From positions 12,974 to 76,973 of the forward strand of contig NIVC01003782.1 in NCBI GenBank assembly GCA_002269645.1: DNA of 64,000 nucleotides. The letters run 5' to 3'. The notes under the pieces are model-generated. The model was not told the DNA's origin and ran no database searches. It saw nothing but the letters and a program-made list of their open reading frames with translations. The position numbers and the translations under genes are program-made. This DNA is from Macrostomum lignano (taxonomy: Eukaryota). Shown here piece by piece: positions 1 to 11,899 of this stretch. The stretch's first letter is position 1; each line of letters starts with the position of its first letter.

Positions 1-164
1 GAGATAAATTTGTATTTAAGATACTTTAAATCAACTGCAGTTTCAAGTTTCACTTAGCGCAGAAAAGTACACACTGTCCTGTTGAAACGCGTATTAGCCA
101 AATTGAATAAGAAATGAGGGATTTAAAATAGTGCTAATTCACTTGGATGTTTGTGGAGCTGAGA

Positions 165-612
165 ATGTGGAGGGCCGGGAAGTGCGGTGGCTGCGGAACT
201 GAGGGGTGTGGAGGGCCGGGGAGTGAGGTGGCTGCGGAACTGAGGGGTGTGGAGGGTCGGGGAGTGAGGTGGCTGCAGAACTGAGGGGTGTGGAGGGTCG
301 GGGAGTGAGGTGGCTGCGGAACTGAGGGGTGTGGAGGGTCGGGGAGTGAGGTGGCTGCAGAACTGAGGGGTGTGGAGGGTCGGGGAGTGAGGTGGCTGCG
401 GAACTGAGGGGTGTGGAGGGCCGGGGAGTGAGGTGGCTGCAGAACTGAGGGGTGTGGAGGGCCGGGGAGTGAGGTGGCTGCAGAACTGATGAGTGTGAAG
501 GGTCGGGTAGTGAAATGGCTGCAAAAATGAGGGGTGTGGAGGGTCGGGGAGTGAGGTGGGTGCGGAACTGAGGGGTGTGGAGGGTCGGGGAGTGAGGTGG
601 GTGCGGAACTGA
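165..612. repeat. 41-bp GC-rich minisatellite (~11 copies) just downstream of the THG1L stop
   Basis: Unit GTGGAGGGCCGGGGAGTGAGGTGGCTGCGGAACTGAGGGGT. The 123..626 ORF has a 41-aa period (3x41 bp) and is a repeat artefact. Confidence 0.95.
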
Positions 613-660
613 TTCGGCGTAGCCATGGAATTCTTTGTTACACTCGTAGAGACAGCTTTT

Positions 661-1858
661 TTACTGAGAGTCTAACGGAAGAATCCGAGGATTTTCAGTC
701 CAAAACTTATCCTTAATAATGTCGATATGCAGCAGAGTGGAAGCCGACTCCGCCTCAGCCTTGGCCACTTTGGCGGCAATCTCGCTTACTTCTTCCACAC
801 TTGCCTCGCCTACATCCGGGACATTGTCACCCACTGAGGCTTCCTCAGCGACGGCATCAACTTGTGAGTCGAGCAGGCTGGCTCGAACCAGCAGGCTGCC
901 TTTACGATAGACTTCCGGCTCGTTATTGTAGTTGATGCCGAATTGGGAGAACAACAATTCGTTCTTGTCGGCTGCTAAAGTGCCTTTCAGGCGTTCCTGC
1001 GCCTGGTTGGCGCTCAAGCCGCCTCGAAGCACCAGCGACCAAAAGGCTGTGTTGTACAGATTGTTGATGTGGCAGTCGGCCTGGGAATGTACAGCATTCT
1101 CAGTCTCAGCAGATGACCAATCAGATCCTCACAGCCCGTGTCAAATACTGACCAATCAGAGCCTCACAACAGCCCATGTCAACTACTGACCAATCAGAGC
1201 CTCACAACAGCCCATGTCAACTACTGACCAATCAGAGCCTCACAACAGCCCATGTCAGCTACTGACCAATCAGAGCCTCACAACAGCCCGTGTCAAATAC
1301 TGACCAATCAGAGCCTCACAACAGCCCATGTCAGCTACTGACCAATCAGAAGCTCTTAGCCCATATCATATACTGACCAACCAGAGCTCCCTACTCATAG
1401 CACAGGCAGCTTACCTGCCTCCAAGACAGATAGTCCCGCAAAGTTCTCACAGACGGATAAGCCACAGCGCGGGCATCAAAAGCTGGCGGATACAGCAGCC
1501 TCCTATCGGGGAAGCAAATCGACCAATTAAACACAAAAGCCGACGTGAACAATGAGCCAATTAGAGAAGCCAGCTTGCTGGCTCTCCTATTAAATGCATT
1601 CGTGTCTTTGTGCAGGACAAAGCTGTACTCGTCGCTCTGACCGTACGCTAGCAGGATGCTGCGATGCTCCATTAGGACTCGCCTGGCTGCCAGCGTCATC
1701 AAACGAATACAGCGGGGCTCGTTGGGCTTAGCAAACTCGTGACGCTCTGAGAATTTGTGAAATCCTCGGCCATCCACTCGGACAACCAGCCAGCATTGCG
1801 GCAGCAGCTGGTCGCTCTGCTCGAACTTGCGCACGTATTCAAATTTGCTTTTGGCCAT
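661..1858 (-). CDS. THG1L: tRNA(His) guanylyltransferase, 2 exons (1858-1415, 1080-661), ~287 aa
   Basis: Motifs [46 protein letters not shown]|[27 protein letters not shown]. Phase-0 GTAAG donor at 1414 and CAG acceptor at 1081-1083 join in frame; TAA at 661-663. Confidence 0.96.
1111..1390. repeat. 38-bp minisatellite (~8 copies) filling the THG1L intron; each unit has TGACCAATCAGAG
   Basis: Unit ACTGACCAATCAGAGCCTCACAACAGCCCATGTCAACT at 1147, 1185, 1223, 1261, 1299, 1337. Confidence 0.93.
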
Positions 1859-1971
1859 AAAAGTAAAACAAATTATTATGGATTGATTTTTGTGCATAAA
1901 GTCAATAAAGTCAAGATTGAGACGCAACGATAATCTATCAAAATACAATATTAAAACCCAAAAGCAAAAAA

Positions 1972-2900
1972 TCAGCCAATCAGAGACAACCGGAATTACC
2001 CACACCAACTCTTGGCCAATCAGAGACAACTGGAATTACCCACACCGACTCTTGGCCAATCAGAGACAACTGGAACTACCCACATCAACTCTCGGCCAAT
2101 CAGAGACAACTGGAATTACCCACACCGACTCTTGGCCAATTAGAGACAACTGGAATTACCCACACCGACTCTTGGCCAATCAGAGACAACTGGAATTACC
2201 CACACCGACTCTTGGCCAATCAGAGACAACTGAAACTGCCCACACCAACTCTTGGCCAATCAGAGGCAACTGGAATTACCCACACCGACTCTTGGCCAAT
2301 CAGAGACAACTGAAACTGCCCACACCAACTCTTGGCCAATCAGAGGCAACTGGAATTACCCACACCGACTCTTGGCCAATCAGAGACAACGGGAACTGCC
2401 CACACCGACTCTTGGCCAATCAGAGACAACTGGAATTACCCACACCGACTCTTGGCCAATCAGAGACAACTGGAACTACCCACACCGACTCTTGGCCAAT
2501 CAGAGACAACTGGAATTACCCACACCGACTCTTGGCCAATCAGAGACAACTGGAACTACCCACACCAACTCTTGGCCAATCAGAGACAACTGGAACTACC
2601 CACACCAACTCATGGCCAATCAGAGACAACTGGAACTACCCACACCGACTCTTGGCCAATCAGAGACAACTGGAACTACCCACACCAACTCTTGGCCAAT
2701 CAGAGACAACTGGAACTACCCACACCAACTCATGGCCAATCAGAGACAACTGGAACTACCCACACCGACTCTTGGCCAATCAGAGACAACTGGAACTACC
2801 CACACCAACTCATGGCCAATCAGAGACAACTGGAACTACCCACACCGACTCTTGGCCAATCAGAGACAACTGGAACTACCCACACTAAACACTGACCAAT
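1972..2900. repeat. 40-bp minisatellite (~23 copies) upstream of THG1L; each unit has TGGCCAATCAGAG
   Basis: Unit CTTGGCCAATCAGAGACAACTGGAATTACCCACACCGACT. It accounts for the three overlapping repetitive ORFs at 1890-2929. Confidence 0.96.
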
Positions 2901-3737
2901 TATATAGAACAAATAAACTTCAATTCTAATAAAATATTAAAGCAAACACTTGAAAAAGTGTGTCTCAAAATTAGGCAATCAACGGTCAAGTTTTAAATAA
3001 ATCATATTTTATTTCAATATCAATGTATTTGTATATCAAAAGTATGCATGCAAAACCAGAGTACACCAAAACCTGCTTCCATATTAAAGGGAAGTAAACC
3101 CTGGGTGCCACTGCATTAAACCAAAAGAGACAAAATCAATCTAAAATCAACAAAGTTCATTGATGATAAAGCTTCAATATGTGAGTATCAATGTTAAACA
3201 CAAATGGAACTTAAATTATGGAAAAAAATTCCGACACAATAAAATACTGAATACAGTACTTATAATACGCATATTGCGATTGACGAGTTTTTCAAGAATC
3301 TAGGTAAGAAAATGAGGAATGGAGGATAAATATAGACATAAATAAAATACGATAAATTATATATCTTTTAGCACACTAGACACCTTATTTTCGGTCGGAA
3401 GGACTGCCTCTACAGTTATGTCTTTCGATACATATCGATTGAAAACAGATAAATTGAAAAGAAATATTCAATACATATCGGCAGCACTATAGGTCCCACT
3501 AATTCAAGAATGCATTTCAATGCATATCGGTATCACTCGGCGTCAGTAAGTTTATTAATGTACATTTCGATACATATCGGTAGCACTCGATCTCTATGGT
3601 TGATTACTGCATTTAAAAAAACACGGCAATTTATGTACTGAAATAGATTTCGATACATATCGGCTGTAGAACAACATATGTAATTTCTTTAACAAAGAAA
3701 ATTTCGATACATATCGGCAAAGGTATTAAAATTACAG

Positions 3738-6018
3738 CTATGCTTCCTGCGTATCAGCTACTGATGTCAATCGAACATCGCCTTGACTGACAACTGCAGC
3801 CTCAGTTGCATCATCCTCTGGTTCTTCTGTTGGTAGGCCGGCAGAAATTAGAAGCGGAGCCAATACGGTTCGAATCTCGGCTAATGAGGGCCGCCTGTCA
3901 GGATCTGGGTTACCCATAGAGAGAATCAGCTGCTGTAGCTCTGAAGGGTAGCTGATAGGAGTTTGAGAAGATTGTCATTAGTTATAAGATTGAGCGTAAA
4001 ATTAAATTTAAAGTGCGAACACTCACTCGAATTCTGGACTAGTTGGTAGTTTAATCCCCGAGCAAGTGGCTAAAGCGACGCTATCGCCGCGACTATACAC
4101 CGGATCAAATGGCGACTCGTTGTAGCACAGGGCGTAAAGAACGCAGCCAAGGCTCTATAATAAAAGTACATGGTATTAGCATGTTGCAATGCAAAGGATA
4201 TTTTTGCCTTTAAACAATATAAAGTCTTGTTCACTTTCTACAATACTAAGCATCGGTGGTTCAGTGGTAGAATGCTCGCCTGCCACGCGGGCGGCCCGGG
4301 TTCGATTCCCGGCCGATGCAACATTTTTTACCAATCTTGGATTCACACTAAACAAGCGCAAAACGTATTTTAATTTAGTAAGAATTTTTTAAAGATTTCG
4401 AAAAAATGAAAAAATAACATATAAGTATTAAACATTCAGAGTATAGTTTGCTAGCCGATATGTTGCGAAAATAATTTGATTTCATTTATTTCAGCGGATT
4501 GGATAGTCCTATATACTAGCTAGACAGATACGGAAATCTCTATTTAATTACTAATTTTAAAGTAGATACATCGCTAAGTTTTACTAAATTACTACCAACA
4601 CTGAAAAAAACTATTTAAACTCATTCCATTTTAAAGTTGTTACAAAAAAACAGGGTAAGGATAGCGAAATTAAAAACGACAAAATATTCGTATATTTCTA
4701 CTTTCAGTAGTTCAAATAGCCATCTCACCCAAATATCGGCTTTCTCGCTGATAATGCCAGGACACGGCACGTTGTACAGCTCAGGCGCCCGATATGTCAT
4801 CGAGCAGTGCTCGGCGGCGAAATCCTGCCAACGTACAGCCTCCTGACGACTATTAATCCACACCAGTTTATCCGTGACGCTACCAAAATCCATCAGGATT
4901 GGTCGTAATGAGTCGTCTAAGAGTACATTGCCAGTTTTCAGGTCCCGATGCGCCAAATCGGCCGAGTGCATTGCGGCCAAACCAGAGCAGAGACCGCTAA
5001 TTGTTGATAGGATTCTATTCAAACCAATTGACGATTTGGCAATACGGCAGAGGTCCAATTCTTCGGATAAAGTGCCACGTCGATGGTAGGGAAGCACCAA
5101 AATTACCTCGGCAACCACTGTTGCCGCCACTGAGGTTATTGGCTGGCCGACTGAGTGGCCCAGACAGGTGAGCAGGTTCGGGTGCCGCAGCCTGCGGTGG
5201 TACTCAGCCTCTCGAACAGCCCGCTCCGAGTCCGCGCGGGAGTGACAGAGAATTCGTTTCGCCACGCACAGCCGGTTGGATTTCTCTTCACGGCACAAAT
5301 CCACCTGGCTGAAGCCGCTGCACAAATCGCATTTTGGAGACGCTGCGTTATTTTCTTATTGGCGAATGCTACTTTCGATACATATCGGGTCATGGACTTA
5401 TCGATTTTTTAATAGACAAACACTACTTTCGATACATATCGGGTCATGGACTAATCGATTTTTTAATAGACAAACACTACTTTCGATACATATCGGGTCA
5501 TGGACTAATCGATTTTTTAATAGACAAACACTACTTTCGATACAAATTGGGTCTTGGACTTATCTAATTTTGAATAGGCAAACATTACTTTCGATACATA
5601 TCGGGGCATGAACATACTTTCGATACATTCTTGCATATCAGGCCATACCTTAACTGACATAAATACACGAATAAAAGCACGAAACGTCCTGTTTTCAGCT
5701 GGACTCTGAATAGAGCTTTGTGGCGCCTTTAAATACTGCATTAACTAGCAAAGTTTAAATTTATATCTATAAATTGTATGTTTGTGTAGCATGTTACGAA
5801 TACTACTTTCGATACATATCGGATCGTGTCTATTCATGCACTTAACCAATATCGTATCAGTTTAATTCCCAATTTCAACTATTACAGACAGGCAAACGAA
5901 TTAAGCTGCAGGAGTTTATTAAAAATTAAAACACGACTCACCCTTCGCCAATATTTTCAACAATTCGATACGATCTCCCATCCACAACGAAAGTTGGGCC
6001 CGACTGAATGCAGCCCAT
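3738..6018 (-). CDS. STK16: Serine/threonine kinase 16 (NAK family), 4 exons (6018-5942, 5317-4729, 4154-4027, 3951-3738), ~335 aa
   Basis: Spliced protein MGCIQSGPTFVVDGRSYRIVENIGEG|GFSQVDLC..AKRILCH..HRDLKTGN..LMDFGS..AAEHCSMTYRAPEL..KADIW|SLGCVLYA..SPFD..GDSVALA..|YPSELQQLILSM..PDRRP. All GT-AG junctions have compatible phases (2,0,2). N-terminal Gly2/Cys3 acylation motif. Confidence 0.93.
4250..4320 (+). tRNA. tRNA-Gly(GCC), antisense within STK16 intron 2
   Basis: GCATCGG...CCGATGC acceptor stem, A box TGGTTCAGTGG, anticodon loop CT-GCC-AC (4282-4284), B box GGTTCGATTCC, and a T6 terminator at ~4324. Confidence 0.97.
5368..5610. repeat. 54-bp minisatellite (~4.5 copies) in STK16 intron 1 carrying TTTCGATACATATCGG
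   Basis: Period 54 (TCGATTTTTT at 5401 and 5455); 18-aa periodicity in the overlapping ORFs. Confidence 0.9.
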
Positions 6019-6599
6019 TTGATTTAAATAAAACTTGATCACAAGTTTCTATTATACTACTGTTTTTGATTCTGAAAGTAGTGCGAAGTTATTATTATCA
6101 ACTAGATGTATGTAAATATCGATTAATAATTATAATAAGATACTCTTAACAAAAAACCATACTACTAAAAGTAGCTGGCATAAATTTGCATAACAACGAA
6201 ATCAAAATAAAAAACTTATAACAAGCTTTAATGATTCAATTATATCATCTACATGGGATGATTAATTAGTTGAATTAACTAACGATAGAAGTGTTTATTT
6301 ATTAATAAATTTATCGATTTTCTTGCAGAAAGTTTGAGCCCCAGGCGCTACGGAGAACTGTTATTGCTTGCTTTAATAATTTTAAGCAAACAGATGATGG
6401 GCAATGAAGGTGTTGCAACAAGTGGCCCATGGACGCGTGTTTTTAGCTATACTAGAAGATACACTGAAGGAGAGAGTGAAGCTTTTTTCTAATCAATACA
6501 AACGAAAACTCGATGCCCTACTAATAGTAGTTAAGCTACGTCTTAAATTTAAAGTGTTCCAATTTTCATCAGTTTCCAAAGTCAGCCTATAGTTTTCAA

Positions 6600-6839
6600 T
6601 TACTCGGCATCCTCGCCTTCGGTGCGGTAATTCTTGCAGATTTGCAGGAAAGCGCACAGCGGCAGAAACCAGACCAGGTAGAGGCTGACGCCCATGCCGA
6701 CTTTGGTGCCAACGGAGACCCGGTTGCGCGGCGGCGTGGCCCAGTAGAAGTTGGAGTTGGCGCGGACAGCCGGCATTGATGCCTGATGGCCAAGCCGGGT
6801 GCCGGCGCGTAGCAAAGCGAGAGAAGTGCGGCTCAGCAT
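6600..6839 (-). CDS. COX8: Cytochrome c oxidase subunit VIII-like small mitochondrial protein, 79 aa
   Basis: Arg/Ala/Ser-rich, acid-free presequence (MLSRTSLALLRAGTRLG), then TPPRNRVSVGTKVGMG, one TM helix and ..CKNYR. This matches the invertebrate COX8 pattern (PP..++S..EKVG.G..TM..Y+). CTAAC...CAG acceptor 2 nt before the ATG. Confidence 0.62.
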   Translation of the reverse strand: MLSRTSLALLRAGTRLGHQASMPAVRANSNFYWATPPRNRVSVGTKVGMGVSLYLVWFLPLCAFLQICKNYRTEGEDAE

Positions 6840-7169
6840 GACTGCTCGGGTGGCGGTTAGAGAGGATTGCGCATGCAATAGACAGCAGGACAAAGTGTTT
6901 TACGATACATATCGGCTTTATGAGTTCAACAATGCATTAATTAATATTAGCTCTCTAACTTCCTTAGACACCTTTGATTTTCTCAGGCATTTTATCACAC
7001 TATATCCGAACCTGTCTTAAATTAATTCGGACACGCACAGATTCGAACCCGGGCACTTTGGCACCAAGGACTACTGAAGTAGAAAGACGGGACGCCACGT
7101 TTCTAGGAAAACTTTAGGAGACAGGTTTTACCGAAAAGCACATATTAGTTCTCCCTCTTTTCCCGTCTT

Positions 7170-7605
7170 TGCTCTCCCTTCTTCCCCTGCTCTCCTCTCT
7201 CTCATATTCTCCCCCTCTCTTCTCTCTTGTCTCTCCGCTTTTCTCCCTTCTTTCTCCTCTCCTCTCCCCTCTCTCCCCTTCTCTCTCCTCCTCTCTTCCC
7301 TCTTTCCCCTTCTCTTCCTTCTCTCTCCTCTTCTCTTCCGTCCCTCCCCTTCTCCTCCGTCCCTCCCCTTCTCTTCCCTCTCTCCCCTTCTCTTCCTTTC
7401 TCTCTCCTCTTCTCTTCCCTCTCTCCCCTTCTCTTCCCTCTCTCCCCTTCTCTTCCCTCTCTCCCCTTCTCTTCCCTCTCTCCCATTCTCTTCCCTCTCT
7501 CCCCTTCTCTTCCCTCTCTCCCCTTCTCTTCCCTCTCTCCCCTTCTCTTCCCTCTCTCCCCTTCTCTTCCCTCTCTCCCCTTCTCTCTCCTCTTCTCTCC
7601 CCTCG
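7170..7605. repeat. CT-rich low-complexity array with a 19-bp core unit
   Basis: TTCTCTTCCCTCTCTCCCC repeats; 19-aa period in the spurious ORFs. Confidence 0.93.
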
Positions 7606-8213
7606 ACGACCCCAGTTATAGCTCTGTTGATATACATAAAGCCTTTCGTTTAGAAAACTAGGATTCTATATACGTTAATATTATATCATATGTACATGTC
7701 ACATTCATAAAGCCAATGAGTTCAGCTGTGCCATTTGTATGATTTACTGCACTTTTTACTAATAATTGAAATAAAAATATGCAATCAAAATTTCGCATGC
7801 CAAGTTTTAAGTAGCTGAAAATTCAAACTGGCACCTCGTTAAAGATTGCTGCATTTACTGTTAGCTCCGACTGTTCTGTCCGGAAAGCAACTTAAAAGAA
7901 TCTTAAAAATAAACAGTTGCCGAACTGAGAACGGAGCACTAGCCTACTTTAAGTAGGGATATAAGTAGGTAGAAATGCTATAGGAAAATTAAAAAAGTAA
8001 ATTGAACAAACTCTATCAAAAAGTGCAACCAATTCATAAACTATTTATTTTTCATTAAATAATTTATACAAACATGATGGTAGAATGAACAAAAGCAATG
8101 CAATTCAAGCACAAAAAGTTAATCTGATGACCAATTAAAGGAAGACAAATGCAATAACATTGAAGTTGGCTTAACTGTTTTTTAAATAGTGCATTGAAAT
8201 AGTAAGGAGGGCC

Positions 8214-8500
8214 AGTCTAGCAATCCACTGAATGATATCAAAGGGAAGGGTCTAGCAATCCGCTGAATGATATAAAAGGGAAGGGTCTAGCAATTCACTG
8301 AATGATATCAAAGGGAAGGGTCTAGCAATCCACTGAATGATACCATGGACGGGTCTAGCAATCCACTGAATGATATCAAAGGGAAGGGTCTAGCAATGCA
8401 CTGAAGGATTACAGAAGGGTTTAGCAATCCACTGAATGATACCATGGACGGGTCTAGCAATCCATAGAATAATATCAAGGAAGGTTTACCCAATCCACTG
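8214..8500. repeat. ~35-bp minisatellite (~7 copies) downstream of the BOD1L-like stop
   Basis: Unit AAGGGAAGGGTCTAGCAATCCACTGAATGATATCA with variants. Confidence 0.9.
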
Positions 8501-8564
8501 AAGGACACTAGCATCAGGCAGGAAGGACCCCACAGGCATTTACACAGAGAACTAAATGAAGATT

Positions 8565-11500
8565 TCACTCGTCGCTAACTTCACCCTCTTCAGTCTCAGA
8601 GTTGCCTCCACGGCGGCCACCGCCGGCATCTTCGCCGCTGCCATCTTCAGCTTGCGGAGTTGGACGTTCCGACGTGCCCAGAGCTTCAACGAACTGATTC
8701 GGCAGCTCCTCCTCGTTGCCTCCACCGCCATCAGCGTCAATATCTCCCAAAGGCGGCTCGGCAATTTCCATGCTTTCAGTATCTTGACTGTCGCAATCAA
8801 TACCGTCGTTGCCATCCTGCGAGAGCTGTCGATGCCGCTGACGCCCATGCCGACTTCGCTGCTGCTCCTGCTGTTGGTGCGGCGGCGGTGTCGGCGCCGG
8901 CGAGAACCGCCTGTAGGAGGAATTCCGAGAGCCGAAACCTGACGGCCCGTTCAAGTTGTCAAATTCCTCCTCGTCTGCGTCCTGAAGCTGGCCAACATCC
9001 GGCTGACGGGACCGTCGACGCGAATTCAAAGACAGATGCGACTGCGACTGCGGCGGTGGCGTCCTCGAATGCCGCGATCGTCGACGCCATCGAGACGAGG
9101 ACGAAGTCGACGACGACTGCGGAGAAGGCAACTGCTGACGCTGACGATCCTCGCGGCCGCGGCGGCGATGCTGCTGCTGCTGATGCTCCTGACGATCCTG
9201 ACGACGTCGGGATGGCGAACGCTGCCCGCCAGGACGCCGGGGCGGAGGCGTCGGTCGGCGAGGCGGCGACAAATGGCGCCGACGCTCAGCATGTAGGCGC
9301 GATCGGCGACCGTCGGGGGACTCAGAGGACGACGCGTCCTCTCGATTGCGACTGCGGCGATGCCGACTGTGCCGACTGCCGCTTCGGCCGAGATCGTCTC
9401 GACGGTGCGGAGGCGAAGATCGACGTCGATGCGACGGCGAGCGGGAGCGGGACCGACGCCGGGCGGTTGACAGGGCGGCGCCGCGCGGGGATCGAGACCG
9501 GGACCTACGCCGATGGCCGCGATCAACTCCCTCAGACTCTCGGCGTCGAGATCGGGAACGAGGCTGCTGGCGTTGTTGCTGCTGATGATGACGGCTGGAC
9601 GACGGTGCCGCAGCAGACTTGTCCTCGCCTGCGGCCAAGTCGCTACCATTGTCGTCAATTATCCGCTTACGCCGGCGCTCTGTCTCGCTTTCAATTTCGC
9701 GCAGTCGGGCTTCAATCTGAGCCTTCTGTCGTTGCTTCTCCGACTCTTTGGCTGCTGCTGCTGATTTCTTCTTTTTGCTTTTCGATTGCTTCAACTGCTG
9801 CTCAGATTGTTGCTGTTGCTGCTGCTGTTGGGGATCGTCTGCTTCAATATCGGACAGGTCGGACGTATGCACCGAGGACACGGTCACGTCCGATACGTCA
9901 TTACTGTCAAGTTGAACTCCTTTCCAAGCAAAGTTATAGTCGGATGAGGCGGCGGCGGCAGCGGCGGAGGAGGCTGGCGCATCCGCTAAGCCTGACGGAT
10001 CTTCTCCTGGAGGCGTTGGCGGAGTGGTTGGAAGTCTATCTGTCGTTTCCATCGGTTCTGCTTGGTCATCAAGTGCCAGACTGAGCATCTCGCCCTCAGG
10101 AGTCTTTGGAGTCTGATGAAGCGGCTGAGACGGCTGAGTTCGCTGCTCTTCTGACTCAGACTCGGGCGGAGGAGGGGGAGGAGGCGGCGGAGGTGGCGGC
10201 GCCTCATCTTCGTGCTCAGGCGGCGGTGGAGGCGGCGGCGGAGGTGGCGGCGGGGGCGGAGGAGGAGGCGGCGGCGGGGCGGTGGCGGCGGTATGACGAG
10301 GCCGGAGGAGCCAAACGCTGACGGAGGCATTGGCGGAGGCGGGAACGGGAAGGGGAACATCGGGATTGGGAAAGTTGGCGGCGGAAGCGAAGTTGGCGGC
10401 AGTGGGGGCGGCGGGGGCGGCACCGGCTGCTGCTGCTGTTGCTGTTGCTCATTCGGAGTTGGCAGTAGCGGCAGCTGACGCCGCATCTGTCGAAGCTCCT
10501 CAGGGGTGACTCCTGCGTAGTCAGCGATAGCCCGGTCCACCCGGGGCTGGATGCTGGTCTGCACAGCGTTGTGGCTGAGCAGCTGGTCAAGGAGGTCGTC
10601 CAGCATGGACTGCACAGCCGGGGTGTCCAACAGGCGGCGCCGGAGTCGCTCCCGGGTGGCCACCTGATGTGGAGACGATTGGGATGGGGAATTGCGTTGG
10701 GATTAGGAATTGAGTTGGGATTGGAATTGAGTTGGGATTAGGAATTGAGTTGGGATTAGGAATTGAGTTGGGAATTGGGAATTGAGTTGGGAATTGGGAA
10801 TTGAGTTGGGATTGGAATTGAGTTGGGATTAGGAATTGAGTTGGGATTGGAATTGAGTTGGGATTAGGAATTGAGTTGGGATTAGGAATTGAGTTGGGAA
10901 TTGGGAATTGAGTTGGGAATTGGGAATTGAGTTGGGATTGGAATTGAGTTGGGATTAGGAATTGAGTTGGGATTAGGAATTGAGTTGGGATTAGGAATTG
11001 AGTTGGGATTAGGAATTGAGTTGGGAATTGGGAATTGTCCGAATTGAGTTGGGAATGGGAATTGAGTTGGGAATGGGAATTGTCCGAATTGGGAATGGAA
11101 ATTGAGTTGGGAATGGGAATTGAGTTGGGATTGAGAATTGAGTTGGAATTGGGAATTGAGTTGGGAATTGGGAATTGAGTTAGGAATTGGGAATTGAGTT
11201 GGGAATTGGGAATTGAGTTGGGAATTGGGAATTGAGTTGGGAATTGGGAATTGAGTTGGGGATAGGGAATTGAGCTTGGAATTGGGGAGTTGGGAATTGG
11301 GAATTGAGTTGGGAATTGGGAATTGAGTTGGGGATTGGGAATTGAGTTGAGGGAGCAAAACTCACTTTATTCAAGCCGGGCTCCCAGACCACCCTATCTA
11401 AGTGCTTCTTAGTCAGAGGCTTCAACTGGTTAATCAATCGAGAGTAACCAGATCGGGACTCCAGCTTAGCTGCGCAGTCGCGTCTGAGCTCATCAAACAG

Positions 11501-11599
11501 GCCGCTGGACTTGACAGACTGAATGATTTCTTTAGCTAGCCGCCTGTTAGCACTGCTGCTGCTGTGACTGCCATATCCACTGCTGTCTGCGCTTGGCAT
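8565..11599 (-). CDS. BOD1L1: BOD1/BOD1L1-like protein (COMPASS Shg1-type N-terminal domain), 2 exons (11599-11366, 10663-8565), apparent 1-nt frameshift at ~10276-10279, ~777 aa if corrected
   Basis: Exon 1 AKEIIQSVKSSGLFDELRRDC..KHLDRVVWEPGLNK; exon 2 RERLRRRL..IQPRVDRAIADY; downstream SDVTVSSVHTSDLS motif typical of BOD1L1. GTGAG donor at 11365, CAG acceptor at 10664-10666. Adding one C in the polyPro tract joins ORF 9986..10663 to ORF 8565..10088. Confidence 0.8.
10690..11350. repeat. G-rich 18-bp-based satellite filling the BOD1L intron
   Basis: GGAATTGAGTTGGGATTA and 6/12-bp variants repeated between acceptor and donor. Confidence 0.95.
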
Positions 11600-11899
11600 T
11601 TCAGTGCTTTGTTAAGTTCAATTAATTAATGATACACTCTGGGAATGTGTTTTTGCGTGTTTGATTTGATTATACCTGCGAAGGATCAATAAGGGACAAG
11701 ATGTCTGGGCTTTGTTCAAAATGCTAAATATGCCAAATATTATTCTTAATCTAAGTGCTCAAACATTCAAGTTTTATTTACTGGCTATTAACTTTACGAT
11801 TATAGAACCAGCATAAATAAGTAAGATTTAGACATCGACCTGACCTAACCTAAAGGACTAGAGACACATAATACACATTTATTTTATGCTAGGATGGCA

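Noticed and set aside
1890-2929. Long ORFs of 187-332 aa
   Set aside because: Translations of a 40-bp tandem repeat; the same peptide cycle appears in all three frames.
5318-5345. Alternative frame MRFVQRLQPGGF resembling the kinase Gly-loop, suggesting a deletion in STK16
   Set aside because: A proper exon 1 (6018-5942) ending GE-GG|GTGAGT splices in phase to the acceptor at 5318, so no deletion is needed.
6870-6885. TATTGCATG on the minus strand, resembling the 3' end of a flatworm spliced leader
   Set aside because: Only 9 nt match and no further SL sequence is present.
7030-7095. B-box GGTTCGAATC on the minus strand as a possible tRNA
   Set aside because: No convincing A box or cloverleaf; at most a SINE or tRNA relic.
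8556-10478. Plus-strand ORFs (474 aa and others) antisense to BOD1L
   Set aside because: Shadow frames of a GC-rich, low-complexity coding exon; no independent motifs.
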